From Malacoraja senta (Eukaryota): 64,000 nt of DNA. The DNA is taken from contig CM075993.1 of assembly GCA_038087875.1 (NCBI GenBank), positions 8,682,001 to 8,746,000 on the forward strand, read 5' to 3'. The position numbers and the translations under genes were made by a program. Within the stretch, counting starts at the first letter, position 1. Each line of letters opens with the position of its first letter. Below are positions 38,350 through 51,349 of the stretch, piece by piece. The notes beneath the pieces are model-generated. The model was not told the DNA's origin, made no database searches, and was given only the letters and a program-made list of their open reading frames with translations.

Positions 38350-39040
38350 TTACTTTATTAGCCAAGTATGTTTTACAACATACGAGGAATTTGATTTGCC
38401 ATACAGTCATACTAATAAAAAGCAACAGAACAGTCATACTAATAAAAAGCAACAGAACACACAAAATACATTTTAATATAAACATCCACCACTGACTCCT
38501 CCACATTCCTCACTGTGATGGAAGGCAAAAAAAAGTTCAATCTCTTCCCTTCTTTGACCTCCAGCGGTCGGGGGCCTCTAACCTTCCGTTGACAGGACGA
38601 TCTTACTCCTGTAGACGGCGGCGGGCCTTGTCGTTAGGGCGATCAAGCTCTTGTATCTCAGCTCCCCCAGGCCGGGCGATCTACCCCAGGACGGGGCTAA
38701 TCAAACCTTCTGCATCATTGGAGCCTCCTGACTCAGTCTCCGAGACTGCGAGCCCTTGATGTTAAAGTCCACAGGCCGCGGTTGGACCGTCGATCCCAGG
38801 CAAGGAATCGGCTCTGATGGTAAGTCCACGACCCGCGGTGGGGCTCAGTCAGTCCCGAGCAAGGCCTCCAGTTCCACGATGTTAGGTCGCAGAGCGACAG
38901 GAGATACGACTCAGAAAACAGTCGCATCTCCGGCAAGGTAAGAGATTGAAAAAATGTTTCCCTGGACCCCCACCCCCCACATAAAACAAACCAGAGAACA
39001 TTAACACAAACTTTTAAAACACACTAAAAATAACAAAAAA
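38350..39040 (-). mobile_element. GC-rich non-autonomous retroelement (family also at ~45145-50660 and ~51880-52715)
   Basis: Shared segment CACTGTGATGGAAGGC...TCTCTTCCCT and a Rex-like AATAAA plus microsatellite tail. Confidence 0.55.
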
Positions 39041-40032
39041 AAAGATGAATACTATAAAAATAGAATAATGAAAAAATTGAAAGGATGAAAAAGGATGAGA
39101 ACAGAGATGCGAGGATATCCATGTTAAGAAACAATGAGCAAACAGGATCTATTTTTTCTTGATAACGTAAAACTAAAGAACAATCTGACAGAATTTTTAA
39201 ACTTACATAGAGTGTACACTGAGATGCAAGATAATAACCAAGAAATCTAGTAGAGAATTCAGGAGAAACATTTTAAACCAAAGAATGTCAGTAAGGTGGA
39301 ACAGAGGGTTATAGATTTAATTGAAGATAAACAAGAGGAGGCTTGAGTACAGAATAAATTCTGTCATGGATTAGTTCAGACTAACAACCTATTCCTGTGC
39401 CATTTGTCTTATATAATTGCCTTCAGTTTTCAAGTCAAACTAAGCTATCACCATTGCGAATGGCCACTCATCAGCAATGTAGTAAACCTGTCTGCTCCAA
39501 AATAAGATATATGTCACATTGTACTCAATCCAATCCATTTTCTGTATTCATCCACAGCCATATTTACTTATTTACATATATTTACTTATTCATTAGTTCC
39601 ACAGCCATATTTACTTATTGCCACATGGTCAGATCCATACTATAGGAGGCCTCAGCACACATTGGAACTCTACCATTAGTTTAGTTTTCTTCCAGGAGAT
39701 AGCAAAACAATTATTTTCAGCTTGGCCAAGGACTTCCAGATGGTATATGCTGTCACCCATACATTGCTGTCAAATGTATTTTTTCTGCTTTAAATTAGAT
39801 TTGATAACAAAATATTGACGTCAGAGATATATTTTTGTACTGTCGGAAAGCATTTGCGAAATAAAAAAAATTGCTCAAATTTTGCTTTTGTAATCAAGAA
39901 ATAATGCTTGCCTATTTTCATTAAAGCTAAAGGTAGTATTTTTTACTATCCTACTCTACTATTCAACATAATGCATTAATATAGTAAACCCCCCCCCCCC
40001 CCCCACTTAGGATCAATTAGCAAAGTACCCAC

Positions 40033-40185
40033 CAGAATTTGCAGCTGCACAAGGTCGGCAAGGCTCTCCAAAGGCATGATCGGTACTAGAACAGCAACAC
40101 TGAGACTTGGTGTAGGCTCCTGGTAATGGTCGATCACATTGCCCTTTTTTGTAACCACCATAGCATGTGCTTCTCATATGAGTAT
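40033..40185 (-). CDS. FBN1: Fibrillin exon, TB2 (8-Cys) domain (153 nt)
   Basis: (D)[50 protein letters not shown]; acceptor ttttgcag, donor gtgggt. Confidence 0.94.
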
Positions 40186-40384
40186 CTGCAAAAACAAAAT
40201 CAATCATTCATGCAAGCAAGCAGGGATAGAAAACAAATATAAATTTTTGGAAAAAGAACATATACATAAAAATAAATTATTAGGGAGAAACCCGTTAAAG
40301 GGCCAAAGATTAAGATCAAGCAAAAGGTGGAGGACAGCATAAGATAACCTACTGAAATTCTTATGTTAAAATCATATTTATTGA

Positions 40385-41670
40385 CTGCAGCTCTGCCTTC
40401 AACACCATAATCCCATCCACACTCATCTCCAAACTTCTGGACCCAGGAATCAGCAGCTCCCTGTGCCACTGGATCCTCAACGTTCTGACCCACAGACCAC
40501 AATCAGTCAGGTTAGGTGACAACACTTTCTCCCCAATAATTCTCAGCACCGGGGCCCCGCAAGGATGCGTTCACATTCCCCTATTATACTCTCTATACAC
40601 TCATGACTGTTGGGCCAAATTCGGTTCTAACTTCAACTACAAGTTTGCAGATGATACCACTGTGGTGGGCCGGATCACGAACAATAACGAGACAGAGTAC
40701 AGGAAAGAGATAGAGAACTTTGTAACATGGTGGCAGGACAACCGCTCCCTCACTGACAGCAAGATGAGGAAGCTAGTTATCGGAGCGTGGTGGAGCACAT
40801 GGCTCAATCAATATCAATAGCGCCCAAGTGGAAAAGGTTGAGAGCTTCAAGTTCCTTGGTTTTAATATTACCAGTGATCTGTCATGCACCAACCACATTG
40901 AAGTGACAGCCAAGGCGACAAAGTCTCAACTTCTTTGGGAGAATTAGGAGATTTGGCACGTCTCCAATGACTCTTACAAACATCTACAAATGCACCATAG
41001 AAAGCATACTGTGAGGGAAGGAACTGTAGATGCTGGTTTAAACCAAATATAGACACAACCCGAAATGTCACCTATTCTTTTTCTCCAGAGATGCTGTATG
41101 ACCCGCTATGTTACTCCAGCTTTTAGTGTCCATATAAAGCATATTGTAGGGTTGCATCATAGCCAGGTTTGGGAACAGCTCTGCCCAAGACAGCAAGAAT
41201 TTGCAAAGTTATGGATGTAGCCAGTCCATCACACAAATCAGACTCCCTAACATTAATTCCATCTACACTTCTCAATGCATCGGTAAAGCAGCTAACATAA
41301 TCAAAGACTTGTCCCATCCCAGTCATTCCTTCTTCTCCCCTGTCCCGTTAGGCAGAAGATACAGATTGTCTGAAAGCACACAGCACCAGACTCAGGAACA
41401 GCTTCTTGACCACTGCTATCAAGCTCATGATCAGTCCTACCATGAGACAGGGTATTTTCTGATTCACGCTAACCCCATTGCAGACATTTGGCTTTGTCCA
41501 TGAAACTGGTGCACAACAATGCTGAGAACTATATTCTACACTCTGTATCTTCCCCTTTGCTCCATTTAATGTGCAAGTTTGACTTGATTATATTTATGTG
41601 TATGATCTGATTTGATAGCATACAAAACAAAGCTATTCACTGTACCTCGGTACACTTGACAATAATAAAC
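40385..41670 (+). mobile_element. Degenerate Rex1/Babar-like LINE (RT plus 3' end) with a nested Penelope-derived insertion at ~41013-41135
   Basis: SAFNTI, GAPQGC, LYSLYTHDC and KFADDTTVVG motifs; the nested insertion is flanked by AAAGCATA(C/T)TGT. Confidence 0.8.
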
Positions 41671-41944
41671 ATAGCCAAACCAATTATTGTACCAGCTGAA
41701 GTCAAGCAAAGTAAGACTTCACCTATCGGCAATATTTATGTGCTAGCATTAGCATAAGATGTTGAATCAGACAGTTTCGAATCTAAGGATTGTGCAGATT
41801 ACTTGATGCCATATGCAGCAAATGAAACTACTTTAAGGAGGAAAATTATTTTTGATTCTGTAAAGTGGTTCTTAAAAAGTAAAAGAAAACCATATGTTGA
41901 AATTTAAAATTAATTTAAACTAGAAAGACATAAACATGATAAAA

Positions 41945-42435
41945 AGAATAATAATAATAACACTTTATTGTCATCGTAAATACATACAACGAAATTTCAG
42001 GCGCACTGCCCGAGCAGAGCTCCAACGTATCAGATAAATAATAACAAATAACGAAAACGGCAAGAAAACCTCAAGTCAAGTCAGAATGTGCAATATTCAC
42101 AGTATAGTGTTGTGGCAGTACAAAATATTGGCTATGGGGGCTGTGTGTTCAGTGCAGAGTTCAGAGTGGTGATGGCCTTGGGGTAGAAACTGTTCGTTAA
42201 TCTTGTGGTGTGTGATTTGATTGACCTGTAATGCTTTCCTGAGGGCAGAAGGGCAAACAAGTGATGTGCAGGATGAGATGAGTCCTTTAGTATGCATGAT
42301 GCCTTCCGCAGGTAACAAGAGCTACAGATCTCTTCCAGGGCAGGCAGGTGTGTGTTGGTAATCTTCTGGGCTGTATTGATGGCTTTCTGCAGAGCCTTCT
42401 TGTCACCCACAGAACTGTTGCCATACCATACCAAA
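41945..42435 (-). mobile_element. Rex1/Babar-like LINE 3' fragment
   Basis: VWYGNSS...LQKAINTAQKI...LPSGKHYRSI...NSFYPKAI. Confidence 0.8.
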
Positions 42436-42539
42436 CATTTTAGAATGTTGTACATTTGTGCAAAACAGATTTGAGAAATTACAAACATTTTTAGGTTGTT
42501 TCTGCCCTTGTTAAAAGTATACTCATTGCGTATATTTCA

Positions 42540-42734
<195 letters not shown>

Positions 42735-43349
42735 CTAATAAGCATTATCAATGAGCTTCATGTTGTTTTTACCATCTACAATATTTTCCTACCTTTAAAA
42801 CAGCATCCAGACCATTTTTTATTTCCCATCTTCATTTGTTTTGATCTATCATTCCTTTAGTAATTTAATGTATCCTTCCTTTCATCCAATTGCAGTCTTT
42901 TATTCTCTTCACTTTGCCTATCTTTTGCAGTTTGATTATAAGATTACTGATATAAAACATTTAATCTATTCCTCTCACTAAGGTTGCCTTATGTGCTAAA
43001 TACTCCTTATGTATAAATGTATGTTTGCTGTCACTTCAGGCTATTAGCAAACCCGCACATGATTTACTGGCAACCTGAGTGTTGGGAGTTGCTGTGTGGC
43101 ACAGCTTATGACTACTACAAAGCATTGGCCTGCCAGTCTTCTACTGCCCATAGTATTACTTTGTTCTTTCAGGTTTCTTATCGATTTCCCTTAATAGGTC
43201 TGCTGATAATGGTATTCTTTCTTTTAATTATTCCCATTTTGAATGGTGTATCAAAATGGACCTGACTTTATTTGCACCTTGCTGCAAAACTGAATAATTA
43301 TATTGTAAAAATCTGAGATCATTTGGAAAGGCAGGGTATCGTCAGAGAT

Positions 43350-44318
43350 AATGGACAAAAGGTGCAGGAGTAGGCCATTCGGCCCTTTGAGCCAGCACCG
43401 CCATTCACTGTGATTATGGCTGATCATCCACAATCAGTACTCTGTTCCTGCCTTCTCCCCATATTTAAGAGCTCTATCTAACTCTCTCTTGAAAGCTTCC
43501 AGAGAATTGGCCTCCACTGCCTTCTGAGGCAGAGAATTCCACAGATTCACAATCCTCTGTGTGAAAAAGTTTTTCCTCATCTCTGTTCTAAATGGCTTAC
43601 CCCTTATTCTAAATCTGAGGCCCCTGGTTCTGGACTCCCCCAACATCAGGAACATGCTTCCTGCCTCTAGTGTGTCCAAACCCTTAATAATCTTATATGT
43701 TTCAATTAGATCTCCTCTCTTCCTTCTAAATTCCAGAGTATACAAGCCCAGCCGCTCCATTCTATCAACATATGACAATCCCGCCATCATGGGAATTAAC
43801 CTTGTGAACTTACACTGCACTCCCTCAATAGCAAGAATGTCCTTCCTCAAATTTGGAGATCAAAACAGCATACAATACTCCAGGTGTGGTCTCACTAGGG
43901 CCCCGTGCAACTGCAGAAGGACCTCTTTGCTCCTATACTCAACTCCTCTTGTTATTAAGGCCAGCAAGCCATTTTCTTTCTTCACTGCCTGCTGTACCTG
44001 CATGCTTACTTTCAGTGACTGATGAACAAGGACCCCCAGTTCTCGTTGTACTTCAGTTCTCGTTGTACCATTCAGATAATAATCTGTCTTCCTATTTTTG
44101 CCACCGAGGTAGATAACCTCACATTTATTCACATTAAACTGCATCTGCCATGCATCTGCCCACTCACCCAACCTGTCCAATTCACCCTGCATCATCATAG
44201 CATCCTCCTCACAGTTCACACTGCCACTTAGCTTTGTGTCATTTGCAAATTTGCTAATGTTACTTTTAATCCCTTCATATAAATCATTAATGTATATTGT
44301 AAATAGCTGCGCTCCCAG
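43350..44318 (-). mobile_element. CR1 LINE, 3' part (continues at 51096-51345)
   Basis: ORFs 43434..43850 and 43860..44219. The sequence breaks at ...GCTCCCAG and resumes at CAGCACCGAGC (51096), matching the uninterrupted copy at ~63965-63995. Confidence 0.88.
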
Positions 44319-44927
44319 TAGGCTGTGGGCCGAGGAGCTTTATTCCAGTATTTCATGACCCAAGTCACCAAACTACATGAAATTGTAACATATTGTGTAA
44401 AAATATTATATAAATCACCCCTGAAACTCGTCATGAACAAGACTTGCACATTTTTAAAAATTAAATTAGAGAAAAACCAGAAAATTTCCGGGTATTTTTA
44501 GTCCAATCAAAGCACGTTAAACATTGAGTTGTATGCCAGTTGGCCAATCACGCGCTTTGTTTCAGGCTAGCTAGGCAGGGAGCACTGAGAGGGCTTCACT
44601 GATGCCTGTTTTACTGGAGATTCCGATGAAGATTCCTTCTAGTTCTGTGGAATACATGTCGTGGAAACTTGCAGCAGGGTAATTGAATTTAGTGAGAAAA
44701 GCATCAAGAAGTCTGAAGAATGTGCTGCTAAGTGGATGGAAGTGGAAGAAAGCCTTGAAAGCAAAGTTGCTGCTGAGGTGCTGCAACACAAAGGGGACAG
44801 CCAGGAATCAACTCTAACGGAAAGGTAAGATCTAAAGTCTGAATTTATGAAAATCTATCTGTATGGACTTTAATTAATTTAATTGCACCCTTTTATAATG
44901 TGAAAAAATGAGATTTGGAGGCTGTAC

Positions 44928-45139
44928 ATTCATTCATTCACTCACTCACTCACTCACTCACTCATTCACTCACTCACTCACTCACTCACTCACTCACTCA
45001 CTCACTCACTCACTCACTCACTCATTCATTCATTCCTTCACTCACTCACTCACTCACTCACTCACTCACTCATTCATTCATTCATTCATTCCTTCCTTCA
45101 TTCACTCATTCATTCATTCATTCACTCACTCATTCATTC
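44928..45139. repeat. (TCAC)n/(TCAT)n microsatellite
   Basis: Directly visible; a short similar tract recurs at ~50652-50673. Confidence 0.95.
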
Positions 45140-45920
45140 CCTCCACAGATGGCTTAACAGCTGCAGCCCGCCTGCAGTCCGTCTGTTTTTTCTTTTTTTT
45201 TTGTTCCCTTGTCCTGTTTTTAGTAAATGTTGCTTTATTAGGTTGTGTATGTGTGTGGGTGGGGTGGGAGAAACATGTTTTTGTCTCTTCCTCGGGGGGG
45301 GGGGGGGGTGCAACTTTTTTTCTGTCATATTCCCCGTCTCCGTCTCCGCCGAGGCCTAATGGCCTAATGGCGGAGCTGGCGGCCTCGGAGCCGTGGCAGT
45401 GTTCCAGCGGCAGCGGCAGTGGCGACCTGACTCAGTCTTGGTGCTGTGGCGGCGGCAGCAGCAGCAGTGGCAGCGGCAGCGGCGACCCGACTCGGCCTCG
45501 GAGCTGTGGCGGCAGCAGCGGCGACCCGACTCGGCCTTGGAGCTGTGGCTGTGGCGGCGGCAGCGGCCCGACCTCGGAGGCTCGGCTGCGGGCCTGGCGG
45601 ACTCGGCAGCGGGCACAGTGGACGACATCGTCGGTGTAGATTGATGATGCATGTGAATCAATCACACTTAGCCAGCATCACTAACTCCACCCCATTATAA
45701 CATTTATACTAACGCCCATTCCCAGCACCGTTAGTTGAAGCAGCTAGGATGTACTGACAACACCTCATTTTGTAATGCTGCCAAGTTTCTGTGCTGATTA
45801 AAGATGTGTGTAAATCTTATACAGTCTGAAGTGATTTACATGGCGTCAGAAATGGTCTTATCCACTCCTCTTGTATAACGGTTTTTATTTTATCTTTTGT
45901 GAGTTTTGCTTTACTTTACG

Positions 45921-46769
45921 ATGGCTACTTCTTGTCGAAAGCCTGAGCCTCTTGTCTTTGATGCTGATATCAGCGAATGCTGGGCCACGTTTAAAATTGA
46001 TTACCAGCACTACATGAACATTGTACACCGAAATGAACCAGATGCTGTCAAAGCCTCTCTCCTGCTCAACGTTGCGGGACCAGGTGCCCTTCGTCGATCC
46101 AGAACATTCCGTTATGCTCCGGCTATCCGTGATGCCAATGACCAGGTAATTACACCGGCGGAGTCTCCTACTGACCCTAATGTTTTGCTGCGTAAACTAG
46201 GCCAGATCTGTGACCTGCCCTCAAATCACATTTTGGACAGGGCAAGGTTTTTCTCTCGTCGTCAACTTCCCGGGGAACGAGTTGACTCATTTATTTCTTC
46301 TTTGATGTATCTAGCCCAACGTAGCCGATTTCAGGAAATGCCGTTAGATCAGTTGACTGATCAGTTAACGAGGGATATTTTAGTGAATGGTATCACCGAT
46401 CAAAAGCTCAGATCAGAACTCCTGAGACGGCCAGAGTTATCGCTCGAGGAAGCTGTGCACGCATGTAGAACAGCTGAACTTGTCGATCCCATAGACATTT
46501 CGCATGAAAGCAATACCATCAATCTGACGGGCCTCACTAGGCAGTGGACATACACAGATAACAGCCGATTTATGACCCAAGCTAGCCAGGCAGCTCTCAG
46601 CGGTCCTCCCCAGAAATGTCCTAACTGCGGCTATCTACACAACAGGCAATCCACCTGCCCCGCCCTCGGGAAGGCTTGTAATTACTGCAAACAGCTAAAT
46701 CACTTTGCCTCAGTCTGTCGGGCTGCAATCAGGGCCCGAGGAAAGAAACGCGCCCAGTCCCAAGTCTAA
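45921..46769 (+). CDS. Gypsy Gag
   Basis: Two zinc knuckles, CPNCGYLHNRQSTC and CNYCKQLNHFASVC; RRQLPGE...RDILVNGI motif. Confidence 0.88.
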   Translation: MATSCRKPEPLVFDADISECWATFKIDYQHYMNIVHRNEPDAVKASLLLNVAGPGALRRSRTFRYAPAIRDANDQVITPAESPTDPNVLLRKLGQICDLPSNHILDRARFFSRRQLPGERVDSFISSLMYLAQRSRFQEMPLDQLTDQLTRDILVNGITDQKLRSELLRRPELSLEEAVHACRTAELVDPIDISHESNTINLTGLTRQWTYTDNSRFMTQASQAALSGPPQKCPNCGYLHNRQSTCPALGKACNYCKQLNHFASVCRAAIRARGKKRAQSQV

Positions 46770-49760
46770 TCTCAATTTTTTGCAACTAGACAGCAACATA
46801 CTGACTCCCCATTTCCAGCTCGAAGCCGCCCCCGAATATATTCCAATTAACTCGCAAGACGACCCGACTGTTTACACGTTACAGCATGCTGCTGCCAAGA
46901 ACTCTGATCCTACAGTGACGATATCTGTAAACAATGTTGTTTTTGGCGCGAAATTGGATACTGGCGTGAAGGTCAACACAATGTCAATCAACCTTTTTAA
47001 CAAGATTAGAGCTAACGAGCCACTTGTCAAGGACGTGTCCACTTTACATGCTTTTGGTGGGGAGGTGCTAGTTCCTCTGGGCAAAACCAACTTGAAATGT
47101 GTACTGAAGAAAACAACGAGGGAATTGACCTTCTATGTGTTGAACTTTAATTCAGTTACTGTGCTTGGCAATCGTGCCTGTCAGGAACTGGGGCTGATTT
47201 CCTTTGATAAAACTGTCCACAAACTGCAAGTTTCTTTTGATCCACTGAATGAATTCCCTGGTCTCTTCGACAACAACCTAGGCAAGTTGCCTGTGTCCTA
47301 CATTACTGACCCCGATGTGACACCCGTAATCCGAGCCCCGCACCGATTGTCATTTGCCATGACTGACAAGGTTCACTCTATGCTGAAGGACATGGTCTCC
47401 AAAGGCGTAATTGAAGCAGTCAGCGACCCCGACTGGGTCTCAACCATGATTGCCACAGTCAAGAAGGAAAAAGATGAAATCCGCCTGTGCATTAATCCCA
47501 AAGACCTGAACACTGCCATTAAGCGCCCACACCATCCCATGAAGACAGTAGAGGATGTTGCGGCAAAGATCGGAACGGCCACCCTATTTTCTGTCCTAGA
47601 TGCAAAGAACTCATTCTGGCAGATACCGCTGGACAAGAAGTCATCAAACCTCACCACATTTGCCACCCCATTCGGCAGATATAAGTTTCTGAGAATGCCA
47701 TTCGGGATTAACTCCGCCAGTGAAGTCTTCCAAAGAACTATGGAGCAATTATTCGAGGATCTGCCTTGTGCCATTATTGTCGATGATATCCTTGTCTATG
47801 GTAAAGACGCAGCGGAACATGACCACAATCTCAGGCTCATCTTGGAGCGTGCTGTCAAGATCAACCTCAAGCTCAATCCTGACAAGTGCAAGTTCAGGGT
47901 TCCAGTGGTCTCCTACGTCGGCCACATCTTCACCCCTGATGGCCTCAAACCAGATCCGAAGAAAACTACTGCCATCACAGAAATGCCTGCACCCACTGAC
48001 GTGAAAGGCCTGCAACATTTCCTGGGCATGGTAAACTATCTCGGAAAGTTCATACCAAACCTCAGCGAACTAAGCTCCACACTGCGGCAGCTGACCAAAA
48101 AGGACACTGCATGGTCATGGTTCCAGCAACATCAGGATGCCTTTGATGTTCTAAAATCCAAACTGACCAGTGCACCGACCCTGACTTTTTTCGACCTGAA
48201 ACGTCCGGTGGTGATCACCTGCGATGCCTCGAAATTCGGGCTCGGCGCAGCCTGCCTGCAACAGTCTGATGATGGCACCTTACTACCTGTCGCGTATGCC
48301 TCTCGCACCATGACCGACACGGAGCAGCACTACGCGCAAATCGAAAAGGAACTGCTGGCTGTTGTCTTTGCCTGCTCCAAATTCCACGACTTTGTCTATG
48401 GCAACACGTTCACGGTTGAGATGGACCACCAACCACTGGTGACAATCCTGAACAAGCCTATCCATGCCGCTCCAGCTCGTTTGCAGCGCATGATGATGCA
48501 GCTGCAGCGGTACGACTTCTCTATTACCTACACAAAGGGTAAGGACATGCATGTCGCTGACACACACTCTCGTGCTCCTCGAGCATCTTGCGAACAACAC
48601 CTGCATGAACGGGAGAATTTCACGGTTCTCGGTGTCGGTCTAATCTCCAGCAAGCAACTGCGCATTCTGGCCGCGCACACTGCTAATGATGATACGATTC
48701 AAGCCCTCTCATCCATCATCAAAACAGGCTGGCCAGACAAACAATCCAACACACCCACAGAGGTGCAGCCGTACTTCTTGGTCCGTGATGAACTGGTGGT
48801 TCAGGATGGTGTTGTCGTTAAGGGTCACAAGGTAGTGGTACCTTCATCGCTACAAGACGAGTACTTCAAAGAGGTACACAGCGGTCACCCAGGAGCCGAC
48901 TCCACACTGGCACGCGCCCGGGATCTGTTCTACTGGCCCGGAATGGCCACGTACATCCGGGACCGCGTAGCCTCCTGCCCCACTTGCAACAATCTTGCGC
49001 CTCATCAGCAGCGGCAACCCCTTCTGCAACAACCTCCACCAGCACTGCCTTGCGGACATTTTCGAATGGTGCGGTAAGCACTACTTCGTTCTGGTCGACT
49101 CATTTTCCAACTGGTTTGAACTTGACCAACTGACCTCCCTCACGTCTGAGATGGTCATCAAAAAGCTGAAAAGACACTTCTCAGCCTATGGCGCTCCTGT
49201 CATTCTGAGAACCGACAATGGTCCACAGTTCACCAGCCACTTGTTCAAGCTTTTCGCAGACTGATGGAACTTCCAGCACGTCACAAGCAGTCCCGAGTAT
49301 CCACAGAGTAATGGACTCGCTGAACGCGCTGTCAGAAGCGCCAAGCACTTGCTGGAGGGAGCGTGCATTTCAAAGTCAGACGTCTATCTCGATCTCCTGA
49401 ATCTCAGAAACATCGCAAGAGACGGAACCTCGGGGTCACCAGCACAGCGGCTGCTGTCGAGGGTGACGAGGTCTCCGGTCCCCATCGGACAACAGCAGCT
49501 GGTCCCTCGGGACCTGCCACTATCCAGCAACGTCTCCAAGAGAAGCACGACATCCAGAAACGGTCATATGACAGTTCCAGCAGACCACTCCAGCCTCTAC
49601 TGCCGGGCCAGGTCGTCCGTCTACGAACTTCAACTGGACATTCTCGTCTGGGCGTTGTTGTACGCCCGACTGATGAGCCGCGATCATACCTTGTGGACTG
49701 TGATGGAGCGGTATACCGGAGAAGTCGACAACACCTGCTTGCTGTGAAGGAGCCCCGACC
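46705..49760 (+). pseudogene. Gypsy Pol (protease-RT-RNase H-integrase), broken in the integrase
   Basis: LDTG protease, LDAKNSFWQ, MPFG and IVDDIL (RT), CDAS and YAQIEKE (RNase H), HSGH...CPTC zinc finger, TDNGPQF and SNGLAE (DDE). Frameshift near 49050, stop at ~49262, further shift near 49510. Confidence 0.92.
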
Positions 49761-50896
49761 ACCGCCTGCTGATCCCTATGCTCCGCCGCTCCAGTTCCAG
49801 CCGCCTTTCGCAATGTTACACCCACCGCATGTTTCCCCCCTCAGTCACCACAATCCTCTCCCGTGCGATTTTCACCTTCAGCCTCTCCGCCTAATCCTTC
49901 AGTGGAGGGAGGGGATGGTTGGGTCCGCACGCGCTCGGGCCGTGTTAGTAGACCACCAGACAGGTATGGCGAGTATATTTAATACACTTCCTTTCCACAT
50001 TTAATCTTTAGGGGGAAGGATGTAGATTGATGATGCATGTGAATCAATCACACTTAGCCAGCATCACTAACTCCACCCCATTATAACATTTATACTTACG
50101 CCCATTCCCAGCACCGTTAGTTGAAACAGCTAGGATGTACTGACAACACCTCGTTTTGTAATGCTGCCAAGTTACTGTGCTGATTAAAGATGTGTGTAAA
50201 TCTTATACAGTCTGAAGTGATTTACAGTCGGGAGTTCGCGGATCACAGGTTGGTGACCTGTTTTTCCGGAGCTCCTGCAACGACAGCTTCGTCCACTGGT
50301 CTGGAGGGCGGCAGTTCCGGCAGCTTCGACCACCCCGGGCGGCGGAGTTTGAACCGGCCCGTTCGCGGAGCACGGTTGAGCCGCGGGACTGACTTACTTA
50401 CCATCACCCGGTGGGGTCACAACATCTGAAGCCTGGATCGCCTCGGCGCAGAGGGAAAACAAAGAGGAAGAGACAGAGACTTTAAGATTTTGCCTTCCGT
50501 CACAGTGAGGAGGTGCCTGGTGAACTCACTGTGGTGGATGTTAAATTTGTGTTTATTGTGTGTTTTTGTCATTTTTATTTTATGTGTGACTGCAGGCAAC
50601 GAAATTTCGTTCAGACCGAAAGGTCTGAATGACAAAATAAAAATTCAATTCCATTCATTCATTCATTCACTCACAACCCATTAATTAGGCTGGTTCAGGA
50701 GCAGGACCTCTGCGACAGTGTCATTAAAAAAACACTCACAATTATATTCATCATATTATTTTTATATATAATTATAATTAATTATATATGATTACAGTCA
50801 TATTTACAAGTTATATATATATATATAGGTATAATAATATATCGTTTAAATGGACTGCAACACGGAAATAGGCTGTCCATGGTGTAATATGGGCAC

Positions 50897-50915
50897 TGGC
50901 CACTAGATGGCGCTC
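50897..50915 (+). promoter_or_regulatory. Strong CTCF motif inside the TIR element
   Basis: TGGCCACTAGATGGCGCTC matches the CTCF core consensus; upstream TGTAATA resembles the upstream module. Confidence 0.6.
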
Positions 50916-51095
50916 ACTTTCCCGATCTCATTTTCTAATTAGTTTAATTAATTAATGTGCAGCTTTTGGCAATGACGAATTATGACTTCCTTCTCAATTA
51001 TATTTCATCTAAATCTGTGGAAAATTCCATGTTTGGTGACTTGGGTCACGAAAACTGATTTCTAGACACATTTTTGATGCTCGGCCCACAGCCTA

Positions 51096-51345
51096 CAGCA
51101 CCGAGCAATGCGGTACCGAACTAGTCACTGCCTGCCATTCTGAAAGGGACTTGTTAATCCCTGCTTTTTGTTTCCTGTCTGCGAACCAATTTTCTATACG
51201 TCAGTACCCTACCCTCAATACCATGTGCTCTAATTTTGCCCACTAATCTCCTATGTGGGACCTTATCAAATGGTTTCTAAAAGTCCAGGTACACTACATC
51301 CACTGGCTCACCCTTGTCCATTTTCCTAGTTACATCCTCAAATAA
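51096..51345 (-). mobile_element. CR1 LINE, continuation of 43350-44318
   Basis: Reverse strand encodes the DVVYLDF...FDKVPHRRL...WQAVTS region. Confidence 0.85.
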
Positions 51346-51349
51346 TTCA

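Larger units (their letters stand above)
45635..50226 (+). mobile_element. Gypsy/Ty3 LTR retrotransposon (Mag-like), near full-length, inactivated
   Basis: 206-bp TG...CA LTRs (45635-45840 and 50021-50226, 4 mismatches), 5-bp TSD GTCGG, PBS TGGCGTCAGAAATGG (45841), PPT AGGGGGAAGGA (50010-50020). Confidence 0.96.
44319..51095. mobile_element. TIR DNA transposon (non-autonomous, probably Academ-like; Harbinger is the alternative) carrying nested insertions
   Basis: 16-bp TIR TAGGCTGTGGGCCGAG (44319-44334) / CTCGGCCCACAGCCTA (51080-51095), a further ~35-bp subterminal inverted repeat (~44346-44382 vs ~51022-51056), and a 3-bp TSD CAG. Confidence 0.8.

Noticed and set aside
44908..45700. ORFs rich in HSLT and Ser/Gly/Ala
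   Set aside because: Derived from a microsatellite and the GGCAGC repeats of a GC-rich element.
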